From Chrysomallon squamiferum (lineage: Eukaryota; Animalia; Mollusca), in assembly GCA_012295275.1 (NCBI GenBank), contig CM022665.1, positions 18,104,001 through 18,168,000 on the forward strand: DNA of 64,000 nt, read 5' to 3'. The translations under genes and the position numbers were made by a program. The notes under the pieces are model-generated. The model saw only the letters and a list, made by a program, of their open reading frames with translations. It was not told the origin of the DNA and did no database searches. This document shows positions 25,401 through 40,100 of this stretch, piece after piece (positions within the stretch are counted from its first letter, which is position 1; the number at the start of each line of letters is the position of its first letter).

Positions 25401-28400
25401 TATCACATCATATCAGGTTCAAAATGCAAAATTATATGAGAAAAAAATAATACATACATCAACAAAGAGAAAGTTAAATTCCTGAAAGTAATTAGCTTAC
25501 CTGGGCTGCAACATCTTTGTTCTCAATGCCATGTGAGGTGAGAATGGCCATGCATAGCTTCAGTGCAGAAAAAAGCAGAATGCGATATCTCATCAGAGGA
25601 TTTGGAATGAAGTCATCTTCCACAAAACCATCGCCTGTATCACTATGAAAACAAACATCAAAATTAATTTACTGTCAATATTTTTAACAGTATTTCATGA
25701 AATATATATATTTTTTAAAATACTAAAAGTACAAACAGAACAAATATTATTAACATTACTGTAATTATTATTATTTTAAACATCTACCTTTCATGAAATA
25801 CTCTTTTTAAAAATACTTTTAAGTCAGTGAAGTGTAGAAACTGAACAAATATTATGATGAATAAAGATATGAAATAATTTTAAAAGAAACAAAAACTCTC
25901 TGATATTTGAAGCATAGAAAAGAACAAATAATAACATTACTCAAATTATTATTATTATTTTTAATATTATCAAGAATAAACATCTATTTTTTTTAAATAC
26001 TCTTTAAAACTATTGACATTAATATAATTGTTATTATTATTTTAAATATTCTGAACAAAGATCTATATTTAAAATACTCTTTTTAAAAATGCTCTCAGAT
26101 ACTATAATTATTACCATGTAGTTTAAACATTATCAAAAAGAAACATCTGTATTTTATGAAATACTCTTGGACAAATATTAATATTACTAAAACTATTATA
26201 CTATGAATTTTTCTAAAAAGGAGAAAATTATTATCTCAGTAAGAACAAGTATTATTTATTTTAAATATTCACCTTTCTCAAGAACTAACATCTATATTTT
26301 ATGAGATGTTTTTTTTTTTCTAGTAATGCTTAAGAGGATAAAATTAAATAATAGTGTAATCATAAAATATTTTACTTATTGTGGATGGAGGTCCTTACTG
26401 AAGTTTTGTGTATCACTAGCTACAGCAATATAGCTATAATAATCAAATACAAAATAAAATCTCAGGAACAATAATATTTCAGGTTGTGCAAACCACTGTT
26501 TTATTATATACAGTCTACTGTGAGAAGATACAAATACTGTATCATATTACTGCATTATAAACTGTAGAAATGTAAAATCTAATCTATATAACACAACAAT
26601 GGGGCATTACAAACTGAAACTGTAGAAATGCAAAATCTACTCTATATGACTAACATAACAATGTCATATTACTGACCTTTCGGTGTCAGGTCTGAGGTCA
26701 AAGAATCCACAGGAAGCCATTTTCTGCATGACATTACACCTCAAGAGAAGACGAGCACCTTCAGTTGTCTCACCAATTCTAGTCAACAAACTCTGTAATG
26801 TTTAAAATTTTATATAGAACTTTCCTTATGTGATTTTGCTTTATTTTTTAAAAGAAATTTACATTTTTTAATCACACTGATGTATTTTTAAAGAAATAAA
26901 ATGTTTAGGCACACATGCACTCTAACACACCCATACACAATGTATTAGACATCTATGGTTATTAGATTAAGATGCTCTTAATTCATAAATGATCACTGAC
27001 AAAACAAATCATATTGCATTTCACTTACATAAACAAATATTTATTCAATGTTTAATAATAAATGGGATATATTCACCTCTTAACTGTTTGTCCCAAAATG
27101 TTCAAACTGTTTATGAACAATTGTGTTTGAAATTTTGTGACAAATAATTTTATTATTTTACTGGTTTAGAACGAAAAAAAAAAAATGACTTACAATCTTA
27201 CACTGTTTGTGCGCAAATAGTCTGAGATCTTATACAAATAATTCTGTTATTTCACTGGTTCAGAAAAAAAGAAATTACCATCTTGGACTGATAGATATAG
27301 AGTGTTTTCAGCTGTGCAGGGTTTGGTTCAAGTATTTTCTGCAGGTGTGGGTCATCGTGGACGATGCTGTCTACAAGATGTTGGAGGTAACCCTTGACAC
27401 TGAGAAATGTCATCCACTGCTGGAAGTAGTCGATGGAGATGATGATGTCCAGCAAGGACAAAGCCAACATCTTAAAAAAAATAAAAAGATAAAAAAATGT
27501 AGTTTGAACATTTTTAAAAGTGAGTCAATTGCACTTTAAATTTGAACTTTATTATGCAAACATAACTCATCATGATTCGAAAACTTGAATTTCCCTAACT
27601 TTTCAAAAATATTTCCAAAACATTTCAAAAACTTTTCAAAAACATAAAAATGTGGTTTCCAAAATATGCTATGTTTAAAATGGTAAGATTAAAGTATACA
27701 TCGAAAGAAGGTAAGTTTCAACTGGTCAGCAGAATTAAATAAGAGACTTTATATTAAGGATGCAACTCACTCTGCCAATATCGTGTCCATAACAAGCATC
27801 CTGACAGATAGTTTCCTTGAAGGTGTCACCACACGAGTTAATGGTGGACAGGTTGTCTTTTGACAGCTGTTCAAACTCTGTGTCACTAATACCCAGCACC
27901 TTTGTGTCAATACTCACCTCATCTGAAAACAACAACACTAGCTTTAAAAACAGCTTGCAAAACTGAGAAATACATAATACACTTCACTACTGTATCCTAC
28001 AGCTGCTGGATTTATATTACTAACAATATCTTACAGTTGTTGAATTTACATTACTAATGTATCCTAAAGCTGCAACATTTAGTGTGTGTGCTGAGAAAAA
28101 CTGAGAAATACAGAATTTACTTTATTCAACTATCTTATAACAGCTGCATAAACATTTGTGTTATGTTCTGATATGACTGTGAGATAATTTTTCTATATTT
28201 AGATGATCAAATGTGTAGTGTATTAAATGATAAAAAAAAAAAATATTTGTGTAGTTGTTAAAAAGTTCAGAATTAAACAAACAAAACAATGTCTTACTTT
28301 TGACAGGTTTCTGGGCTATCTGTAAGTAATACAGCAAACCTCCATAGAGACTGGCACGACTTTTTTGTGCTCTACCACCTATAATAAAAAATAATATTTA

Positions 28401-31102
28401 AACAGTCATAATGTCTTTATGTAATACTTTGCTAAATATAAATGTATAAAAAAAATTGAAGGACCTCCCATCTCATCTTTAAATTTTATTTATTTATTTA
28501 TTTATTACAAACTTCAGATTTATTATTGCTAAATGTTTAAAAATATATGTTACACTGGACATTAATTCCAAAACATGCATACTAACAAATTTAGAAATAC
28601 TGGATTGGATAAATAAAAAAAAAATGTTATTGTTATCAGAAGAGATATGAACAATTATCATAATAAACATTTACAAGTGTTATTTATTATAGATTTGGTA
28701 AAATACTGAAGCAAATTTTTTTTAGTATCAATACTGATGACCCTACATATACTGACTAAATCGAAAAAATTGTTTGTAAAATGAAAACAACAAAACAAAA
28801 AAATACCATGAATACTGAGTTGATGTCAAAACAATAAAAATAAACAAACCTGATCTCAGGGTATAGTCTAGAAGTCCTTTAAGGACAGTTTGTAAGGATG
28901 TAGCAAACAGGGTCCTGGATTTGTTTACTACCACTATCGGAGCTGGTGAATGATCCGGTGTATTCAAGTAGCTTGATTTTCCTGACATACTGACTTGGTT
29001 CATTGAGTTTGACAGAAAACACTGCCGCAGATTTCCCATTAAAATTAATATAACACCTGCCACAGGTGCTGTTAACTCAGGTAATGCATCTTCATCTGAT
29101 ATCTGTCAGATATGATGAATTTATGTTTAGAAATATGATGTATTGAAAAGTTTAAAGATATAATACACTGAAAAGTTTTGAGATATGATGCATTGAAAAG
29201 TAAGAGATATGATAAATAGAAAAGTTTAAAGATATGATAAATTCATAGGGGTAAAGGCAAGATGAAGAGAAAATAATGTTGAAATACATTTATATTGTCC
29301 AGAGAGAAAGACTTTAAAGAAGTGACTAAAAGACAGATAGGATGAAAGACTGGACACTGAGTAGCTGACAGAGAAGCAGACTCAAATATAGGATTAGAAC
29401 AAAAATTCATAGTGGTTTTTTTTAACAGGTGGCATTTGAAAATGTTATTTTGTTTCACACATGACTGAAACATGAAATTTTTATATTCTGAAAGGTGAAC
29501 AAAATGGCACTTATGAGGTTGAATAAATCTATGTCCAAATATATAAATATTGATTTCACTCATGGACTTTTGTTCCAACCCAGTGTATGAATGCAGACAA
29601 ATAAAGAGAGCAGGAGGAAAATTTATAAACAGAAAGATGTCATCTCAAATTTTATTTTTTCAGATTAGTCACTGACCTTAACAAGTAGATCTTGAAGCAG
29701 CTCAAAGATGACCGTCTGCCTTGTTTCCCCAGTCAGCAAGTCCTCAGGACATGCAGTCAGCAGAACTTCAGTGACCTGCCGCCATGACTCAAATGCCTGT
29801 CTCTTCATAAACACATTCTCATTAAATGCATTCCTTGCTACCACTGTAGCTAGTATGAACTGAATCTCCTAGAAAACATTTATAATAAAAATACCCATTT
29901 TATAAGAATAAAATCTATCCTGAAATATATACTACATTTTTTCATTTTTTTCCTGAAATCAAACTACCAACACATTGGTTCAGAGCCATATTTTTGTACA
30001 TTTATATTTAACTTAAATTACTATTAAATTACAGTGAGTAATCAAATACCATTTTTAAAGAATGTAATTTATCCTAAAATCATCCAACCAATACATTCTT
30101 TCTCAGCCATGTTTTTGTTTGTTTAGTTTTTTCTTCCTGAAAATGTATTATTAAATTACCTTTATCTATAAAATACCCATTTTATAAAAAGGAAATACAT
30201 CCTAAAATCAACCGACACATTCTTTCTTAAATATATTTTCATTCATTTATAATTAATTTAAAATATTACTAAATTACAGTGAGGTATAAAATATCAATTT
30301 TTTTAAGAATGAAATTTATCCTGAAATCAACCAATACATTCATTTTCAGTCATATATTTGATTATTTGTTTTCATGAATATTTATTATAAAATATGGTTA
30401 GCTGTAAACTCCATATTTTTGTTAATTTTATTATTATTTTTATTTTTCCTGGAAGGATCAAACAAAATGAAAATTCCAAAAAATGTCATCAATTTCAACT
30501 TTTTAGTAGAAAAAGCAGCAGAAAAATGATAAAACAAAACGAACACAAATGATTCAGTTTACATATAAAAATAAAATTCTCACCTCCATAATCAAGGGTC
30601 TCTGTCCAGCCATCATTGTTCCTTGCTGATTGTTTAGTTCGTTGATGAGTATTCGACGTAGCTGTTTTGCATCACAGAAGACAATGCTGTCCTGTGTTTG
30701 TTTTTCACATGATGTAATCACCTGCTCTATGAGTTTGGTGTCAAAGATTTTCAATTCTAGGGGCTGGGGGTAGGCCTCTGTGAATCCAATCGAATCCAAT
30801 AGGCACAGAAGTTTACGTCGAGTCTGTCGAGCTGAATGTTAAATATTTACAAATATTAAGTTAATGTATTATCTTAATAAATGAAAACATCAACTACTAG
30901 TTGTCTTATGGGTTTTTTCTCTTTTTTTTCTTCCTTATCTGTCTTAATGAATTAGCAAACACTGTTTGTCATTTTTATTATTATTATTCCTTATGACTTA
31001 ATTCAAAATTAGGAATCATTAATAGTAAAAATAAAAAAAATAAACCATTATTCCATATAATTAAAAACCATTAGTTGTCAACCGTAGTTTTTTTTATTTC
31101 AA

Positions 31103-31134
<32 letters not shown>

Positions 31135-34100
31135 GATATATAAATATAAAAAACAAGGATTATTGTGACAGTAACACAAGAATTAATAAACTGTTTACTG
31201 ACAGAAATGTTAACACAGATATTATAATGTACACCTGTACAGTGTGAAGTGAGTTATCTGTAGATACCTGTACAATGTGAACCGAGTTACCAGTAAATAC
31301 TTGTTCAATGTGAACTGAGTTACCAGTAGATATCTGCAGACTGTAAACTGAGTTATCTGTATGATAACTCTAGTGTGAACTGAGTTAGCTGTAGATACCT
31401 GTACAGTGTGAATCATTACCTGTAGATATCTGTACAATGCAAAATGAGTTATCTGTAGAGTGTAAAGTGAGTTTTCTGTAGATATCTGTACAATGCAAAG
31501 TGAGTTAGTTACCTGTACAGTGTGGAATGAGTTATCTGTAGATACCTGTACAATGTGAACTGAGTTACCAGTAGATATCTATCTTTACAGTGTGAAGTGA
31601 GTTACCTGCAGACACCTGTGCAGGTGGACGAGATTGGAATATTGATGTATCTCTGTCCCACAGTGTGTTATCAGGCTCCTCACTGCTTGCTGGCTGTGAC
31701 ACTGTAAATACCAAAATAAATAAATAAATAAATAAATAATAGTTAAATTAATTAATTCATTAATAAAAAAAAAAAAAAAATAAAAATAAAGTAAAATAGA
31801 ATAAAATAGTTAATGTGCAACCAAATGTTAAAAAAATAAAAAACAGTATTTTCTTTACATCTATTTATAAATTTGGGGTCACAAAAATTTTTTTTTTTAT
31901 AAAATTTAAGAAATGTCTAAAAACAATTTGCTGGTTTCTATTTCTTCTTTGAATAATTTAAAACCTTTTTTTTTTTATACTAATAATTTCTCAGACAGCT
32001 TATGTGTATTTTATAAAATGATTGATTGCTTGACATTTTATTTCAGTTATGAAACTTCTTTTTTCATTTAGCAAGTTTTCAAATACTGCTCACTGGCACT
32101 TTGTTCATCTTCTGTATCACTAAGAAGAAGTTTGAGTAGTCGCTGTGTGTGTGACCGTTGTCGGTTCAGTGCTGTGATCCTCAGCTCTATGGCAATTGTT
32201 TTCAACAGCCATGACTGCTGGTTACTTAGCGACAGCCCTGAAATAACAACAGAAACTTGAAGGAATACACGTGTGTATAAATAAAAAATCCTTTAAGTCT
32301 CTCTTTCTAGCCTATCAACTAAATGCCTTTATCCCTTTCTCTCACTCTGTAATTCTGTTTATCATTCTCTCACTCCTTTATCTATCTGTCACTGAAGTCA
32401 TTAATAGAAGTCAATGATTATTTGCCCCCATAATATATAAATGAAAAATAAACAAGTACCTCTTTTGATCTGTCTTTCAAAGATGCTCATAAAATGATGG
32501 CAAAACATTTCCATTTATAGACATGACAAAAACAGGTGTGAAAACGCAAGAACAACAAGAAAACTGTGATATGATATAGCTGATACATGTATTACCTGCT
32601 TCCTGAGATCTGAATGGTAGATGATGAAGCTGTTTGAAGATGAAGTCGTGGGTGGTGCGGATGTATCGCAGAAATGGTGCTGATGTGTCCTTGTTGGCAG
32701 CCAGGACGTAGATGAGGTGGTATGCAAGTTCAGCAAGTTTTGGTGTCTCTGTAAGACACACAGGACCTCGCCTTGTTCCCTCTCCTTTGCTGAGCAGCGT
32801 CAAGATGGAGTGAAGACAGGTTTTGGGTGATCCCAAAATTCCTGATAGTAAACAAAATATATTAAACATTTTAAAAATGTAAATAAAAAGAAATATTAAA
32901 AATCATAAATTAAATAAAAACCTAAATTGTTAATAAATGTATTTGTACATGTATCTACATGCATTTTGTATATATGACAAAAATTTACTTAAAAAAATTA
33001 CAATTTGTAAATCACCAATTAATGAACAATAAATCTTCCTAAAAACATTAGAAAACAAACAAATATATCCATAACAAAGTAAACGTCAACCAGATTTCAA
33101 AATAAAATAAATACATACCATCCCAGAAAATCTATTATTTTTATCATCAGTATTACCAATCAAATTATAAATTGTCAACTAAACACTAAGTATATAAACA
33201 AACCTGGATCCTGGAGGTTAGTTTTGTGGACAGGTTTTCTAACCTCAAATCCCAGCATCCAGTGAGCTAAGTTAGGTGATGGTTGATTCATTGCATACAG
33301 CATTAACTGAACTATGTGTTGCCTGGCCAGGTTACGTACATGAGTCATTCTCGTATCATCAACTGGTATGTTATCGCAAATCAAAGAAATCAAAATGTTC
33401 ATAACACTAGTGATTATATTAAAGTCTCACAAACAAAAGAGTAACAGAAATTTTAAACACAAAATTTATTTCTGTATAAAGTAATGGTAGAAAAATAATA
33501 AAATAATACTTACAAAGTTTGTTAGTTGTTTAAATATACAGTAGAAAAACATTTTTGTTGTAATAAATTTGTGTATCTGTACATCAGTTACAGGAAAAAT
33601 GATTTCCATATTTATCTGTATGTATAAATATCAAAATCTTAAAAAAAAAAAAAAAAAAAAAAATTAATTCACATTCACCTGAATTATATTCAGTCATATA
33701 TTATTAACCATTTCAGATAACACAAGCAACATTGAAACTAGTAATATTAATTCTAATTACTCAAATGCATGCGTGCACACACACACACACACACACACAC
33801 ACAGATACACGCATTTTTCCAAACCGGATTACCTTAATATGATAAAATAAATAGACAAATAAATGGAAGAATATATTTACGAAGTTCCAGTGTTTTCTGG
33901 TCAGATGTCTCATCCATTCTTACTTCTGGTTCTTCACTTTCAAGACACTCAACAAAACCATGCAGCAAGTTGGAGTTTACTGCCTGGAAGATAATTATTA
34001 TTATTATTTTTGTTGTTGTTATTATTATTAGTAATAATATTTAAAGTAGTATTGTTCTTGTTGCTGCTGCTGCTGCTATTATTATTATTTAATTAATTAT

Positions 34101-36050
34101 GTTTCTTTGTTTGTTTGTTTACTTACTTATTATTATTTTTTTTGGTACATCTGGTGAGGTTTAAATAAATTGATGTTTTAATTACCTCATCCACAGTGAA
34201 CAGTCCAACAAGCTCTGACTGTATGGGGGTAGACTCACACACACTGTACAAGATTCTGACAGCAGACAGAGCATGCTGGGGCAGAAAGTTGTTAAACTCT
34301 ATAAACCTGTGTAAATAAATAAATAAAGAAAGAAATAGAAACAAATTAACATAAATCAGACACACATTTATATAGTGTGTGTGTGTGTGTGTTATAATAA
34401 TGTGAAAATACAAATTTCTGTAATAAATTTTATAAAAATCAGAATACATAAATAAATTAATATCTGTATATATCTGTAAATATAAATCTGTATAATAAAT
34501 CAATACAAATCCATATAACATGTATGTGTGTTTAAAATATAATATATATACAGTGGTACCTCAACTTATGAGTTTTTCGAGTTATGAGCAGTCACCTGGT
34601 TGATTTTTGGCTTTAAGTTGCAAGCCAAAATCCAAGTTACAAGTAAGCTTCAGATAAGCTGTTGCTAGTTGGCGCAATGAACAACACAACATCTGCCCAG
34701 CTTCCCATGTCTTACTTGTTTACTTCATCTGGTTTAGTTGCCGTTGAAGTATCTCTGTTGTTTTGTGTTCATGTTTTGTGCAGTATTTTGCAAAATTTCT
34801 TTTTTCTGGCCATGGATCCTAAGAAAGTGAGTGCAAAGGACAGTGCTGAGAAGAAGAATCAGATGATGTCCACTGAATTAAAGCTTGAAATCATAGAAAA
34901 ACAGGAGCGAGGTGTGCATGTACTCAACTTTGCTAGGCGTAAGAGTGTAGCACTTCTATGATATGTACCATACTGAAGATGAAGGAGTCGATAAAGGCTG
35001 TAACTCCAGTCAAAGGTATTAAAATAAAATGTCTGATTTCCAAGATAAATACACTTTACAAAACCAGTTTATTACTTTACATTCTTTTATTTTGTTGTTA
35101 TACAATATTTGTCATTTATAAATACATTTTTCTTATTTAAAAACACGTTACAAAAAATCAGGGTGGTTTCTGGGGGGGGGATGGAACCGATTAATAGTAT
35201 TTCAATTATATCTGTTGGGAAAATTAATTTGATATATGAGCAAACTGAGTTACAAACTCGATCATAGCATGAATTTAACTCGTAAGTCAAGGTACCACTG
35301 TATATACTCACACACACACACATAAAATAAATAATAAATATAAATGTTTATAATAAATAAATGACCTATTTAGAAACCCTAACACTGAACATTTTGTAAT
35401 AAATTTACCAACCTATGTCTTCTAGTTTATACAGTAAATAAAATACAAACCGAATTAGTGACTTGCAGAACATGGGACTATAAAAACATAGTTATGTATC
35501 TACTTTATCCACTGGTTTATACATTAAACAAAACACAAACTGACTTAGCAATGCAGATGAGGTGGTCGGCTTTGTTGCTGCGCGAGTTGATCCCCAACAA
35601 AAGTTTAGCTAATGGTGCCACCATCAGTCCTACCCCTGTTTCTCTTATCATCCGTTCAAACTGTTCTTCTTTCTCTAGAGTGTTCTCTATCATTTTCAAA
35701 CACAACAAACATGCTTTGCCCATCCATTCTTTGCCTGCAATTACATTGGGTTTTATTAGAGATATATAGACAGACAGAGACAGTTAGATTATAGTTACAT
35801 ATTTTTAGATGGATATATAGATAGGTAGACAATGACAGATTGATAGATACATAGATATGGGCAAACACAATTATACACACACACACACACAATCAGATAG
35901 ACAGTTGGACAGACAGACTTAAAATATATATAACACTGACAGACTCAGTTAGATAGATATCAATATTTTACTTAATTTTTCAATAGTAAAAAAAAGCAAA
36001 GAAAAAACCACACTGGGAAATACTTGCAGAAGATTAATAATTTAAAAGGC

Positions 36051-36081
<31 letters not shown>

Positions 36082-37123
36082 TTATGTACATACAGATAGC
36101 AAATATTTACACAAAATTGTACTTTTAATTTCCAAATCAAAGGACTTTAAAAAAAAAAGTATTTATTCATTTATTTTATTATTTTATTGTTTTTATGATA
36201 AACCAACCAAGTAACTCACCAGCTAAACTAATATACTGGTCATACTGTTTTACTGTTTCATCTAAGATATGCAAGATCTGAAATGAAGAAATATATTACT
36301 GAACAATAAAATAATTATAATATTTGAAATTGAGCTGTGATGTTTAAAAAGCAATGCTGATAAACTATTGACAGAGTAATGCAGCTGAATGAATGAATAA
36401 TATATACATACATACACATCTGTGTGTGTATGTACAGAACATTTATGATATATAGAATATATATGTACAATACATATACAATAGCCAACGATGAAAACAA
36501 GACAACTGCACATCTGATATTCCATATTAGACTGCTTCATATGATAGTTATTGGCCAAATATTTTTACCACCTTATGGAACAATCTTTAATGCACTCTGC
36601 AATGTCAGTTAACTTCAGATGAAATACCCAAATTTTAAATATTGGAAATAAATAAATACAAATCTACATAAATAAATAAACATAAATCTGTATAATAAAA
36701 TAAAAACATGTAAAAATAAATAAATAAATATTGACAGAATTAATGTAGTTGAATGAATTATCATTGTCAGTTAACTTGAAGTAAATTACATCTACATGTA
36801 TTTCAAACGTTTCAAATTTACCGATCTCAGAAGATTTGTGTCATTCAACAGATTCAACATCAGGGTATGACCAGGGGGCTTACTTGATGGAATCACACCC
36901 CCTCCCTGAACCTCCACTAGCTGTTCTCTAAAATCATCCTCGCTGACCTCATGTTCTCGGAGTAATTTGGTCAAAATGGTCAGGCAGAGGGCAGCCACGT
37001 GCCACTGAAATAACAAGTGATAAATCAAGATGAAAGCACCATGTCATTAAAAAACTGCCTGAAAATAATTTTTATCCCATGTTTGAAGCATGAGCTATTC
37101 TGAAACTTAAACAACAAGAGCAT

Positions 37124-37155
<32 letters not shown>

Positions 37156-40100
37156 CTCACTATTTAACCAAATGACAAACAGATGAAACCACACTTTTGT
37201 CCCATATTCAGAGGTACTCTGGAACTTGATAAAACAATAGAATAGTTAGTTTTTTGGTTTGTTCTTTTTTTTGAGTTCAGTATTTAAATAACTCGTACAC
37301 AGATGACAGTACCATTTAATAAAAACTGCCAGAAACTAATTTTTATCCTTTATTCAAAACACAAGCTATTCTGAAAGTTAAGCAACAAGAGAATGAATTT
37401 CTTAATTTTTATTAATTTTTAATTTTTTTTAGGCAATGACAGTTTTAGGAAATTTGGTAACTGTAAGAAAATTATCATTAAATGTCAAAAAATTTCAATT
37501 CTTAAATGAAACCTTTTAGTATATAATGTCCTTAAAAATTATAATTTGGTAATTAACATTTAACAAAAACATATAAAATCTGTTTCTATTAATAACTAAT
37601 ACACAATATAACAATAGACATTTTATTAGCATTATTAATAAATTTGTCTTCATACCTTTTCATTAGCATTCCTGTATGCTCTAGAGTTAAATTTCAGGAA
37701 GACGCTGTCTAAGATAAAACTCAGATATGGGTCGAACCCTGGAGCTCTAAATCCAGCACCGAGTCCTGCAGGTATTGGAATGTCTGTCAGTGTGTCGAGT
37801 AGTTGCAGGAAAGCTCGAGTCAGAGGATATTCCTCATTTCTACTCTCTATTTCATCCAGTTCCATCTGGTAACCAAATTTAAAATTTTTAAATTAAGCAA
37901 TATTACATAATTATTAAAAATAAGTCCCGGTGTTCAAATAGCTAATTTTTCTATATGAAAAGTGAACCAATATTTTCATTAACACCACATTTAAACAGTT
38001 CTGGTTCTTACAATTATAGAATTGTTAAGGAAATGGGTTTTGTATTTTGATGAGGGAAAACTACAACTCAATAATCTATTTTTAACAATTGCCAAAGAGT
38101 ATTCTAGTCAACTTCGTCTGAACCGAGAACAACAATCTGTTTAGAAAATTACACTGCTTAAATTATTTCAAAACTGTATTTAAAATAAAATTTATAGCCA
38201 AAAAAATATTATAAAAAGATTTATGTATTTAGTATATATGCCGTAAAAGATAATTATATAAACAATATTGAAAAAAAAAAATCTCTAGTCTACCTGAATA
38301 CCACCTTTCTGACCCAGATTAACTGCAGTTGGAAGAATCTAAAAATTAAAAATATAGGTAATTAACACAAAAATAATATTATTTTTTTTACTTTTTGTTA
38401 TCGATAAAACTAAATACAACAAGAAGTCAGTTAAGAATCTGACAGATTTGGTTTAGATTATAAATGTAATTATGCCTAACCACTCAGATTATCATTTTTT
38501 CCTCAATTTTATGAAGTTCTCAATATTTTTGTTGATAACATGGCACAGATTAATCATATTTATAAAGTAGAAACAAACAACAAAATTTTATATTTTTGCA
38601 TGTAAAATAGCAGAATAATTAAATATTTAATTTGGGTTTCAGAAGTATAATAAATGTAACATCAAAGATAAAAAGAAAAATTTAGTTTCATGCAAAATAT
38701 AACATGTCTTCAGTTTTAAAAGGAATCATACTTGTCCTATTCGTAATATAACAAAAAAAAATGCAAAATGCCAACTACAAATACTAATAGTAATAATAAT
38801 AATAAAAACAGCAACAATAACAGCAAGATAAAATGACTAACCTGGGTTACTTCCAGTGTTTGCCAGATGTTGGCAGCTATGGTGGGTGTCTTGGCCAGGG
38901 CAGACAGGGTGTGAAACAGTTCTGCTTTCAGAGTGGTGGGAATGTTACAGCTCACCAAACCAAATATCATACCCACCACACCCCACTGCTGGTTCTCATA
39001 AAAAGCCTCTCTGCAGTTCTCATTCTAAATAATAAAACAACAATAAGTATAATAATAATAAATAAATAAATAAACATATTTTAATTTATGAACAAAACAG
39101 TCAGTATTCAAAACACTTTTATTTATTGACTATTTTTTCACCTATGGTTGCATGCAACCACCTTCAAATAGATGCTTCTGGTCATCCAAACCCCATAATA
39201 AAAATGAAACGGGGAAAAAAAAAAAAAGAAGGGGAGTGACCATCTTGAACAGTCATGGGCAAACAGCAGCTTGCATGGCTTTATGATTGGCACACCTAAT
39301 TTCACAAGTAAAATAACTTTTATCAGTATTCTGCCCTGCCTACTGGTGAGCCATGTTCTGATTTGGTCTGCTTCTTTGAAAAAAAAAGAATGCACATGTC
39401 TGATATAGAAAGATGAACAACAAATAGACATCGGTCGTAAGCTTTGGTTTACAATTTAAAAAAAACTTCACCATAAAAGATCAACTGACTGTAAGATGTT
39501 TAAATGTAAAGTAAAGCTCTCCATAAAGGATCCAGTGACTGTATGATGTTTAAAAGTAAAGTAAAGCTCTCCATAAAGGATCCAGTGACTGTATGATGTT
39601 TAAAAGTAAAGTAAAGCTCTCCATAAAGGATCCATTGACTGTATGATGTTTAAAAGTAAAGTAAAGCTCTCCATAAAGGATCCAGTGACTGTATGATGTT
39701 TAAAAGTAGAGTAAAGCTATCCATAAAGGATCCAGTGACTGTATGATGTTTAAAAGTAAAGTAAAGCTCTCCATAAAGGATCCATTGACTGTATGTTTAA
39801 AAATAAAGTAAACCTCTCAATAAAGGATCCACTAACTGTATGAGGTGTAAATGTAAAGCTAAGCTCTCAATAAAGAATCCACTGACTATATGATGTTTAG
39901 AAATATATATTATTATCAGGAGATGAGATAAAGTAGTTGTTTTTACCTGTTCGGCTATGCACTTGGTCAGCTGAAGGACAGCTGCTATTGCATCTTGTTC
40001 AGGTACTTTGATTCCTTTTGTCAGAGGTGCTCTGTACATGTATATTATTCTCCATTGAGATAACACTTTTGTTTTTACAGTGTTGTAAAGCACTTTGTTC

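Noticed and set aside
39470-39900. Regular repeat array resembling CRISPR
   Set aside because: Head-to-tail 50-bp units with no unique spacers, in a eukaryotic intron, and no cas genes.
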